Shown here: piece by piece, positions 1 through 42,200 of the stretch
How positions within the stretch are numbered: position 1 is the stretch's first letter
How the letters are laid out: every line of letters begins with the position of its first letter
From: Podarcis bocagei
Lineage: Eukaryota
Assembly (NCBI GenBank): GCA_964188305.1
Contig: OZ076888.1
DNA: 64,000 bases
Reading direction: 5' to 3' (one strand)
Position numbers and translations under genes: made by a program
The notes under the pieces: model-generated
The model's input: only the letters and a program-made list of their open reading frames with translations
Database searches by the model: none
Told to the model about the DNA's origin: nothing

Positions 1-681
1 TAAAATTGCTGGATAGTTGGCAGGAGACTCTGGAGTCATGTAAATGACAGGGGAGCCTGGTTTGGACTATACTGTTTCCTACCTTCTTCCTCTTAGCACT
101 GGGAGAGTGAGATCACACCTTTCTGCCCTGCGCACCATGTGATTATCCATCCTTTTGACACCACTTGCAATGCTAGAGTGTAATGTTTACATTGGGCATA
201 CATGCATAAATTCCACTATGGGAAGGGCCAGTTCCCAGATTTGGCAGGGTGAGGGTGGAAATTGACTGTGTGATTTGGGCTAATGTGCATTGAATTTTAT
301 GGATCTATAACGCTATTCAAACTTTGTGAACATATTGGGAGTGTCGAAGGCAGGTCATGTGTGCCTGGTAGGTAGAATAGGATGGTAAGAACTCCATCTC
401 TACACAGTCAAAGGAAGAAGGTAGAGTATCTTCCAAAGTAGGCCTGGGTCTCATTGATGTGGTAACAGTATCAGTCTCTTTCTCTGAAGGCTGGTGCTCA
501 GAAATTGTCTTAGCAGGAGTTGTGTGATTAAGAAACATAACTGACTTTTTCACTCCATTCCCTCTAAAAAGCCACAGCCTGGAAAAGCGAATTTTGCAAA
601 TCTCCCATGGGCAGAATCAGTATCATTAAATAGTCCTTTGAAGTTAGGGGAATCCAGGGTGCAGTTTCTAGAATGAATATA

Positions 682-1032
682 AAGGTAAAGGGACCCCTGA
701 CCATTAGGTCCAGACGTGACCGACTCTGGGGTTGCGGCGCTCATCTCGCTTTATTGGCCTAGGGAGCCGGCGTACAGCTTCCAGGTACTGTGGCCAGCGT
801 GACTAAGCCGCTTCTGCCGAACCAGAGCAGCTCACGGAAACACCGTTTACCTTCCCGCTGGAGTGATACCTATTTATCTACTTGAACTTTGACGTGCTTT
901 CGAACTGCTAGGTTGGCAGGAGCAGGGACCGAGCAACGGGAGCTCACCCTGTTGCGGGGATTCGAACCGCCAACCTTCTGATCAGCAAGCCCTAGGCTCT
1001 GTGGTTTAACACACAGCGCCACCCGCATCCAG
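682..1032 (-). mobile_element. Full-length Sauria SINE (tRNA-derived head, RTE/Bov-B-related tail)
   Basis: (ACCTTT)-type tail seen as aaaggtaaagggacccctgacc; B box GGTTCGAATCC on the minus strand near 957-967; 11-bp TSD GAATGAATATA at 671-681 and 1033-1043. Confidence 0.9.
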
Positions 1033-2092
1033 GAATGAATATACAGGAAGTAAAATTAGATATGCAAATTAAGTAAGTGTGCATGGCCACCTGGATCCTG
1101 TCTATTGCTTTTTCCTTTTAAAAACAAACCACCCCATCACCTATTGAGATTAAATAGCATGCCTGTGTGGTTTTTTAAAAGGGAAGCCAAAAATCTAATA
1201 CGTCATACAGGCACTGGATGTCACATCTGAAGCCAGATTTCACAATTCACAGCATGATTAGTCATGCAGTAAACTAGTGCTCCTGGGTGCAGTTGTTTCA
1301 CAGTTTGACTAGTGATCACATGACTCTCAAGAAGAGCCCAGTGCATGGCACCTTGGCAGCCCCTGGCCAGGAATATGAGGCAACTGTAAAACAGGGCTCA
1401 GGGGAAGCATGATGATCAAGTTAGAACTAGATGTCACTTAGGATACCCCTTCACAAAAATTGACAATCTGTGCATTCTCTGAGATTCAAAATTAATTGTA
1501 GTATAATAATTTAGCAACATGCTTTACAAGAACAAATGCTGAATACATTATATTTCTGCAGCTGAGTAGCATTGAGGGATCTTTCAAAAACATTAGTATA
1601 TTCTTCATATAAAAGTTAAAGCAATGGCAATGGTGAGATAAACAGGCAAAAACGCCTTTGTTCTTGTGATCACTTCCAAACTGTAAATCCACAAGACACT
1701 TTGTACCGCCTATAAATTGTGGCAGATAGTTCCATAGTCTTCCTCATGAGCTTCTCACAGTCCAGCAAGTTATGCAAGAACTTTTGCTGTGGTGCTGTAA
1801 AATTGCCAGACCTCAAGATCAAATCCTGTAGAAATGGTGTTATAACATGCCATTTGTCTTTGTAATGTGTGTCCTTGAAGCTTTTGCAACTTTATTTTTG
1901 TATATTCAAGGGCTTCAAATTTAATTGTCAATCTTTGTGTGATCTGAGGAGTATGGAGACAATATGGGTGGCTTAGAGCTGTTTTAAGGGATTCTTGCAA
2001 CACTCCTTATGCTGGATTAATTTTAAAGGGTCATGGAGCAAGCTTTCCCTAGTGCAACGACGCATTCACACTGCTCTCTTTCCTCTTTGCAG

Positions 2093-32781
<30,689 letters not shown>

Positions 32782-33703
32782 CTGCAATCTTCTCTTCTGC
32801 TCACCCCAGACTAGTTCTCTATTGTTTTTCCCTGCACACACCCACAACTCCCCCCCCCCTTCCTCTGGCCTTCTCATGCCTTTTGAGTGCAGTGCTGGTG
32901 CCACTGTGAGCCTGTAGGAGTGTGACTGAGGCCAGCCTGGCTGACATTGCGGAATCACTCCATACCCACTGCTGTATACTCCTCACTGCCTAAGAGGGTG
33001 AGTGTTCTTCTGTCCATGGCTCCCTCTTTGGAGCCTATTCACTCCAGGCAGCACAGTCACTCCAGAAAGGGTCCATCCCAGGCTACTCTTTCCCAGGCTA
33101 CTCTTTTATTCAGACACTATTTAAAGAATCATGTACTCAATAATCAGATGGACAATGGGGATTGGTTTTAGATTCTTTCTGGGCCTGGTGCCATGGAGAT
33201 TGCAGGAGTCCAGAAGGGGGTGTCCCTTAGATGGGAGTCACAGAGAATGTGAGGTCCCCAAGGGCCTCCCCAACTTGGGGAGTGCTGTAAGACAACTGAT
33301 GGGTCTGATCTGGGACCAAGACCTTCTGCCGCTATCATGTTAACATCCAGCACAAAGATATTGTCTAGCAGAAGTATGTCAGCAGCATACTGCAAAGTAG
33401 CAGTGAGCAGTGGAGCAGCTCCTCTCTTCCCCTGCCCCACCTTCCCTCACTGGGGTGATGCATGCCAACCAGGACATGGCAGCATGTCTGAATGGTGGGC
33501 TGGGGTTGCCCAGTGTGTCATGGATTTGCATGGGAAAACCCTCTTCTCCACGCTGTCTGACTGGTTTGACTGAGCCATCTTCCTGGCTAGAGCTGCGATG
33601 GTGGCACCCGTTTTGCGTACTCTTCCCAATACACGTCTGTGAACTCAGTGTCCTGTGTTTCCTGTATTTGTCTGTGCCACAGCTTTGTGACTTCTAGAAG
33701 TAC

Positions 33704-33709
33704 ATTAAA
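33704..33709 (+). terminator. Probable PFKL polyadenylation signal ATTAAA (3' UTR about 0.95 kb)
   Basis: ATTAAA followed about 20 nt later by a GU/U-rich tract (ctctgtgtgttttcagtttgattctctttcctgttt). Confidence 0.6.
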
Positions 33710-33941
33710 AGAAATCAATGAACCAAGCCTCTGTGTGTTTTCAGTTTGATTCTCTTTCCTGTTTGGGGAAACTGTCTCTGACCTCACAGCATGGGATGGG
33801 CTAACAGGAATGATGCTGTCCTGTGCTGGAATACCAGCCTTCTGCACCCTAAGTTCTCCATTGGGGGAGAAGTTGGAACATCATGATGGAGAGACAGGAA
33901 TGGTGATGGGTCTTCTGCCTCTAGTCTCCTCACGATGAAGA

Positions 33942-34128
33942 CATAAGAACATGGGAAACTTTCTTTTACTAGATCACACTGTTTGTCCCTCAAACATTGT
34001 CTGCTCTGGCTGGCAACAGCTTTCCAGGGTCTCAGACAGATCCAGTCAGATGTCAAGAACTGAACCTGGAACCTGCTAAGCCTGTGCCCTGAGCTATGTA
34101 CTCTTCCACTAAGCCATGGCCCATCCCT
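33942..34128 (-). mobile_element. tRNA-derived SINE (Squam3-like), reverse orientation
   Basis: Reverse-complement similarity to 30119-30312. Confidence 0.55.
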
Positions 34129-34171
34129 GATAAGAATAGCTTGTCAGGAATGTCAGCCTAGAACCTCACAT

Positions 34172-34322
34172 GTGTGGTGCCATGGGTCAGTGTGTCTGCC
34201 TGTTAACCAGAAGGTTGGTGGTTTGAGCCCACCCAGGGATGGCTGTGGACAGGATTCCAGCATTGCATGGGGTTGGGCTAGATGACCCTGGAGATCCCTT
34301 CCAACGCTTCAGTTCTGTGTTT
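34172..34322 (+). mobile_element. SINE with tRNA-like head and CR1-derived 3' tail
   Basis: Head ttaaccagaaggttggtggtttgagccc; tail cattgcatggggttgggctagatgaccctggagatcccttccaac matches the CR1 3' UTR at 49628-49690. Confidence 0.65.
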
Positions 34323-36324
34323 ATTTGAAATGAGAATCATACCCCTAGACCAAGACACCTGTTATTTTCTAAACCTTTTCCTTACTCCACACCACTCTTG
34401 GAATGCTTTCTTCCACCACTTCCAGAATTACAAGACATTTAGGATCAAATATCAATAGATGGGTTGTGTCTTACATTACACGCAGGTAGAATCTTATACC
34501 TTTCACGGTGCCTGGCTCAGGGTGCCTAGCTGTTTTAACACCCACATCTTCAGGAAGAGCATGACAGGTTCTGGACATAAATCCCAGTGAGATTACAATG
34601 CAGCGTACTCATAGCACACCATGTTGGGACAATTAACCAGCCAACTCAGTTGCACTTTCCCTAGAACTTCTGGCGGATGTCAAAAATTACTGAGATGAAT
34701 AGGCCCTGGACTATGCAAGAGGGAAATTGTTAGTCATTCCTAATTATTTAGTACAGGTTGTTTTTGTGGGGGGGTGGGGATCCATAGGACTCAAGGTAGT
34801 GTTCTGTGCTGGGCCCACATACGAACAAGAAGTTCATCAAAAGGAATGTACAATGATAAGCACAGCACCCAAGGATATACCAGAATTCTCTAAATGAGGT
34901 CAGTCAAATTGGCAGGTGGTGGATAGCCTCCTCCTCCCAAGTGTGAACAGGCTGATCCTCAGAGTCATCAGCTCACTGCTCTGGTTTGCAAAACCTGATC
35001 TTGTGTCTATGTGAAGTTAACTACTGTGCAGAGAAAATGATGGGCAAGTTGCTTGGTTTGCTCTCACAACCAAGGCCAAAGCATAAAAGCAATTGGTGGA
35101 ACAATTGCTTCGCATGGAAAAGAGTGACAACATGAAACATCTCTGCTGTCGCTTTGGAGACAACTAGATCAATTCAGGCGCACCTGCTCCTCCCTCTTTC
35201 AGCACTAGTCTTACACTCATGTTAGTATCTGGTATAAACTTAATATGCACTGCTCACAGGGCTGCTTTGCAGTTCCTTAAAGCAGTGGGGGGGGGGGTTC
35301 CTAAGGGCAAATATGGCAGCTCCCCCTAGAGTTACCTCAGCCACACACCCTCTCCAGCCCTACTCTCTACCCTCTTTTGTGTGTTTTCACATAGCTGGAT
35401 TGTGGCCTTGAACTCTGATAGTGCCTCCTGCTTTCCTGAATGGAGGAAGATAGAGCATGTGTAAAACTCGCCTGCTGTACAAAGATAACATTCACATACG
35501 TTCTATAAACACACTTTATGCTGTAGACAGAAAGAAGGTAAGCCTGGTTTTGTGTTCAAGGAGGGGAGCAAGGATCTTCTCTATGCTTCTCAGTTATTTG
35601 GCAAACACACAGAATGAGACAACACCCAAAAAATTCAGAGAAAGCTATAACGAAATAAACTTTTCCCATAACCTATATTTCCTACATTAGTAAAACCTAC
35701 ACTGATTGGAACATAGCTTTTGATTTTTAAGGAGCCCTATTCTATTTTCCAGAACACATTAATGGCATTCACAGTTGATACACCCTGCACTAAGAACTGT
35801 CCCCGCTGTCCCTTTTGAAAGTGCCTTCAGTTGCTGATACTTCAACACAAACTCAACTGGAGTCTTTGCTGTTTTCTCTCTCTTTTTATTGCAGACCTAA
35901 AACTGCATTTTTTTCTCTACAGTTATTAGTACAAACCTCAAAAGAAGAGTCAATTAGAGATTCATGAGTAGGAGCAATTAAAATAAGTGAACAAATACAT
36001 CTTTGCCAGTGTGGAGAATTACAAAATAGCATGCAAGTCCCCTTTTATGGCTCATTAGTCTGGTTGTAACCGATTTCAGATTCCTGGCACCCTAGAAGAG
36101 GCTACCCTGGGACATATCAAGGTTCATTTTACAGTCCACTTCTAAAGAAGAATGAGATATTCTTCAGGGTGACAGGAGTTCAGTATAAAACCGTTTTGTG
36201 CTGATTATGGTTATACTGGAATACAGACGAGTCAGCCTGCAGGAGCAAATTTTAGTCCATGCAGTCCAAGAGAATGTCTTATCCTGCAGCCCAATCCTAG
36301 GCACGTCTACTAAGAAATCTAGTT

Positions 36325-36463
36325 CAGTGTTTCCCAAACGTGGGTCTCCAGATAGTTTTTGGACTACAACTCCCATCATTCCTAGCTACAGCAGGACCAG
36401 TGGTCAGCAATGATGGGAATTGTAGTCTAAAAACAGTTGGAGACCCAGGTTTGGGAAACACTG
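36325..36463. mobile_element. hAT (Charlie-like) MITE
   Basis: TIR CAGTGTTTCCCAAAC, perfect 8-bp TSD ATCTAGTT (36317-24, 36464-71). Confidence 0.9.
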
Positions 36464-36854
36464 ATCTAGTTCCTTCAGAGTTGTATATTCCTAAGTAAGT
36501 GCCGAAGGATTACAGTCCATACATGCCAATAGTATTTGGCATATAGGAGGTTTGGAGCATGCCGTCACCAGTACACTGATGATACTCAGCTGTTTGTCTG
36601 TTGTACCCAAATCAGGAGGTGCCATGCAAGGTCTGGACCAGCGCCTTGAAGCAGTGATGAAGACCAAGAAGCCATATCCTTAAAAGACAAATCTTGTGGA
36701 CCCAGGGACTGGGCAATAATGCATGTTCTGGGCAGGGTTGCATTTGTGAATGCATAGATCTGAGGTGCTCCTTAGATGATCCATCCTTGTCACTGTAAGT
36801 AAAGTAGCTATAGCGGTTCCACCATCTTTTACCAGCTTGGGCAGGTACCCCACT

Positions 36855-37035
36855 TATCATGTCCCTACCTACTTGCCTTTTTTTAAAAAAGGTCCCACTT
36901 TGGAACCTTTTCTCATAGGGGAGTTGCTCTAGTCCCTTGGTCATTTTGGTTGCCCCTTTCTGCATCTTTTTCCAGCTCTATAATATTATTTCTCCAGAAC
37001 TGGACACCATATTCCAACTATGGGCGCATAATAGA
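36855..37035 (-). mobile_element. Degenerate CR1 LINE fragment
   Basis: QKGATKMTKGLEQLPYEKR in ORF 36612-36965. Confidence 0.65.
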
Positions 37036-38258
37036 TTTGTTATGATTATGACACGGGCATTATGATTTTGGTAGTTGTGTTTTGGTAGTGGCTTTCTAAC
37101 AGCTAATTGTATTACGTAATTATGCTAAGCATTCCTTTGAATACAGTGAAATACTTGCACTAGGGTAAACCAGTATTACTTCACAAATGGTCTCTCCTGT
37201 GATGAACCTACATCCTTTACAAGATGTTGGATTTCTACTGCAACACAGATCTCAAAAGAGAAATCGGATTCCTCAGAGAATACTCAGCTGGTAAATATTA
37301 CTCAGGCTTTGCTGTTTGGCACATTGGCCTTCAGCTCAGTTTTTCCACAAGTAGCTCCTTACTAGTTGTGTCGTTATCAAACTGAGAGCCATTCAGAGGC
37401 TGGCACCCGTGGCTTAAAACCTTGTGAACACTGCCCTCTCCATGCCCTGAGAGTCATTGCTACTGCTTCTTCAAACAAGTCTTATTGCTTAGGACAGGGG
37501 TGGAGAACCAAAGGGGTCAGCCCTTCACAGGTCAGTTGGGCAGATGGGTGTGGACATCCACTTGTCACATGGTATCAGGTGAGTATAACTTCAACCTAGG
37601 ACTGCAGAGGAAGAACAGTGAGCACTTTCTAAAGCCACAGCTTTTTGAATTTGGTGTGCGGAGGAGAAAAAGGTGCCAAAAACAAAAAGTGCCAAATTTG
37701 CCTGCAAAGGAAGTGTCAGGAACTACATCTTGAACTTTCCTGCACCTGATGTCACATATAACATCTTGTGTAGGAAAAAGTGGCCATGACTTGCCAAAAG
37801 TAGCATTTTGGGCCTACCTCTGAGGCTGAGAACTCAGAGCTTGCTTGTACCTGTGTAATGTCCATCCACTCCAAGGGATACAGAAACGGGGGGGGGGGGG
37901 AGAGGCAGGAGAGAAAACCAGCACTACAAAGTAAGCAATTCTCTATTGGTGCCATCTATCCAGAGGTGGAGTGCAGAAATATCAGATCTGTGTTTTATAT
38001 GTAATCAGAGATCAGAGAAAACAGATCCCTTGGTTGAGACATATTTGTAACCAGAATTATTAGGAAAAAATATTATTCTTTTAGATACTGTAGTTAAGAG
38101 CTTCCTATTACAAGTAAGAACACACTACCTGTAAGTTACTTAGCAGCATCCACTTAAAGTGTGCTGCTGTCCACCTGATGCAGCTTGACAGACTAAACAC
38201 AACGGAGCCGATACTATATTGAGCAGAGACAAAGTCTGTATTGTTGTTGGATTCAGAC

Positions 38259-38264
38259 TTTAAT
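38259..38264 (-). terminator. Candidate CFAP410 polyadenylation signal ATTAAA
   Basis: Minus-strand ATTAAA about 830 nt past the stop, followed by a U/GU-rich stretch (ctttgtctctgct); other sites are not excluded. Confidence 0.35.
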
Positions 38265-39095
38265 ACACTTCCTGAACCATATACCATCAACCACACCTCC
38301 CCTGGTCCTTCCGTCACAACAACTAAGTAAACTTGCTTTTTCTCTTTTTTTAGGTTACTGTGAAGATTAACCAAGCAAGTGGCAGAAGAAAGTCAAGGCA
38401 ATATCCAAAAGGTGCAAGACCGCATTCTAATCAAGTAAGAAACAAGATAGTCCATTATACAAATCCAGAATTCTGACTACAGGTGACATTCTTGTTAAGT
38501 CCAAATCACTATTTAGAAAAGTAGGAAAGGTGAAGAGAAAGCCTAGAAGTTTGCCACTAAATTTGAAGTTCAATGATTTTTTTTTAAAAAAAAGTCTCAG
38601 TTTTTGTGTAAATCAGGCCTTGAGATCAAGGGTCAGAAGCTCCTGACTGCAGGAGGATGGCGGCATCATAGGGATTTGTGTTCCAGTATTAAGACTATGC
38701 TAACAGATCAGCAGCTTTGGCTGACAGATTCACAACTGAAGCAAGACAAGGAGTGATTTTCTTCTTCTACTGGGGAGGCACTAAGGAGAAGGCAGGGCCA
38801 CAAATGCTGACCCCTTTTTCCATATGACAACTACTTGCTGTAATTCGGTGTACACTTGTTTGCCCCTCACTGCCAAAGGCTTTTGCAGGTTGCTGGGTAG
38901 CAGTTGCATAGATGCAGGCACACATGTTGTGATTGCAGAGGAAAGCGTGCCTTAGAGCATGGTCCGAGTGCATCATGCACAAGGAATGTATGACGTTTCT
39001 TCCTGGGTTCAGTAGCACATCCCCACACTAAGCCCAACAGCACAGGCCTGGTGATGCTAGTTCCGCTGATCCACGAAACAGCTGCCTCGGATCCG

Positions 39096-39224
39096 CTATC
39101 GGTCCTCATGGAGTTCCTTCTTCTGCAAGGCTTGGAGCTTGTTCCCAGTTGTTTGATGGACAACTTCTAGTCCATCTGAATCAAGCTCTTCTAGGAGCAT
39201 CATGATGGCATTGAGGATGTTGTT
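39096..39224 (-). CDS. CFAP410: CFAP410 exon 7 coding part ([22 protein letters not shown]...EDR*)
   Basis: ttaacAG acceptor, TAG stop at 39098-39096. Confidence 0.93.
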   Translation of the reverse strand, partial: NNILNAIMMLLEELDSDGLEVVHQTTGNKLQALQKKELHEDR

Positions 39225-42200
39225 CTGTTAACCCAGGACACACAAGACAAAGGGATCAAAAATGGATCAGGAAATTCACTACTTTGCTAAAGTCTAGCCT
39301 CTACTAGTACTTGACCTGCTTAGGGAAGTTTTTAATGTTTAATGCTGTATTGTGTTTTTAATATTTGGTTGGGAGCTGCCCAGAGTGGCTGGGGAAACTC
39401 AGCCAGATGGGCGGGGTATAAATAATAAATAATTATTATTATTGACCATACTTCGCCCTCTCACTTTTCTTACACAAAGATAGGTTTCTGGATCCGAGCA
39501 AAGGCTCGTCTTGATCAACAAACTGTTCTCACAGTGGCCAGCAAGATGCCTCTGAGAAGCCCAAACATGCGGCAGAACTCCCTTGCTTATAATTTGCAGC
39601 AACTACGGCTCTTGAAAACAATGCCGTCCCATCTGCAGGACAACACCACAAGACCAGGCATCTTTCAACAGGGGCACTTGGTTTACTGCTGCTTATGGCA
39701 AAATATCTCAGGATGAGGTCAATTAATGCATGAGTCAGAACAGGCTACCTTTTGAGAGTCTGCCAGTTATGTTATGATAGGAATCTGCCCTTCCCCTCCC
39801 AGACTGCAAGGGCAGATCAGTTACTTAGAATTAACCATGGGATGAGGAAGCAAGGCCGGCCAGCAGTTTCTTCCCTGTAGCCAAGATCTGCTTTACCAGG
39901 GGAGAGAGAGATAGCAACTCCTTCCTACTACTCAGCAGCACATGGTGAGGTGGAGCTGCCCTCCAGACACTGGCACTGCTGCGGCTTCGCTTTATGGGGT
40001 GGCAACAAGATCAGGGTTGTATGGGAGCAGTGCCATCCAACCGGAGCTCCTGCAACTGCACAGTTCTGACTTCACCACCACCATGCCCCATCCCCATCCA
40101 GGTTTTCAGCAATGGCCCCAGTGTTGTGAGGGTAGCTCTCCCTCATGCCACATGCTGCTGCACAGGGACAGCAAATATTCACACATATGCAGTTTACCCT
40201 ACCTATAGGATCCTGCAGCATTTCAAAGAAGCAGGACCAAGCTATTCCTGACTTGAGCGCCACAGCAGGGCTTAGCTCAAAGCAGTGGCATAGCGCATCA
40301 TGCACAAAACACAGAGAAAACTACTGAGAGTGGGGAAAGGTTCTCACACACACCCGTTTCTTTCGGTTCCCCTCCATCTGCCTAGGGCACAAGGAGACAA
40401 ACTTCTCCCTTGGAGCAACAGGCTTCATCCCAAGCTGCTCGCGGATTTTACTGGGCAGGATAAAAGGAAGAGAAAAAGGAAATAAGTAAAGCAGTCATAT
40501 GGAAGCACCCACCAGCGCTATCGGAAATGGCAGAGAATAGCTGCTCCTACTAGACACAAGAGATCAAACAACAAGAGCATTTCAAGACACGAGCTCTTGG
40601 CGTCCCACACAATAACACACTATGTGAATTTACACAGGAAGAGGGAGAATCTCTGTGTTGAGGCGGACATTCTCTAGCAGGGATGGGGAATCTGTGGTCC
40701 TTGATATGTTGTTGGGTTTCATCTCTCATCATCCCTGATGACTGACCATGCTAGCTGGGGCTGATGGGAAATGGAATTCAACAATATACCATTGTACTGT
40801 GGAGAGTGTATTAACTTATGGTCTGTGTGTGTGGTTTGGGGAGCTGCAAGGCCAGGGAGAAAACAATGCTGTCCAGGGTTGTAAAGACTGCAGAGAGAAT
40901 AAATGGGTGCACTCTTCCCACCTTAGATCAAATCTATGCTGTCAGGTGCCATAAGAAAGCTGCAGAGATAGCGCAGGATAGTACTCACCCCGGAAATGAT
41001 CTCTTTCAGCTTCTGCCTTCTGGAAGAAGGTATAGAGTCATAAAGACCAGGACGAGCTGCCTGAGAAACAGTTTCTACCCAAATGCAATTCTGGTTTTAA
41101 ACGCAGTATAAGTAGTCTCTATAGGAGTATATTGTATTTTAAAATTTCAGAGTTTTTAGGGGGTTTTGAATGTCTTATGTAGATTTTTCAATTTCATTGT
41201 TCTGTATGGGACAATGACAATAAAGATATTGTATCGGGAGAGGCACAGGTCTCTACCCCCCCATCCCCCTTTGTGTATTAATAAAGTCACAATAAAGAAA
41301 TCCCACCAGCAAGAAATAGAGCCCTTCTCACTTTGTCTCCTCCAAGGTGAAGTTCATGACTTCATTTTCATTCTCTGCTGTAGACTCCGTTACACTGGAT
41401 TCAGTGGTGGAGTTTTGGCAGAAGTTTTCCACGTCCAATTTGGCCGGGGGTGACGTTATCTCTTCCCCTTCCAGCAGGGAATGGGACAGTTCTTCCTCTG
41501 TCACCACTGCAAATATCAGGAAAAAAGCAGAGGGAGCATTTTTGTTAGACCAGCTCAGTGCTCTAGGGCTGGCACAGGGAGCCCTTGTGGGCTAGTTCTT
41601 TACTTGCAAGGGGTTTCCCACATGGGTAGTATTAAGAAAAGGGGATCCCCAATGGTAGGATTCTATCACCACCACATGTAGACCTAAGAGAAGTTTAAAT
41701 CAGCAAATGCAAAACACCAACAGAGGCAGGGCAATTTGCCGTAATACGCACTCCGATTGTCAAGCTTCTGGAGATTCGGAAGGTTGCGCAGCACCGTCAT
41801 CCGATAGCGATGAGGATCAGGACCACAGCAAGGGTTCTCAGAAAGCCAGAGGATTCTCAGGCGGGGCAGCTTCTTCAGGTGGAACAGCTCAAGGAGGCTT
41901 GCAATATTGTTCCTCCTGAGATAAAGCTCCGTTAAGTTCTGGCACTGGTTCATTGGCTCCAGGCTGGAGATGTGATTTGCACTATTGGAGAAAGCAAAGG
42001 AAAGCTGGAAACCAGATGCAAGTGTTATCAACTGTATCAGGCTTGCATGACATAAGGCTCATGATCTGACTATGATTCCCCAGGAGAAATACACATTATC
42101 TGCAGCACTGCTCTGTCTCTCTGCAGGGGGACATATGAAGCCTCATGACAGAAGTATGGCTGACACACGATGCAGCAGATCAAGTGCTGTTTCAAAGTCT

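Noticed and set aside
940-1030. tRNA gene (also at 30125-30190 and 34175-34235)
   Set aside because: A/B boxes belong to SINE heads; no complete cloverleaf.
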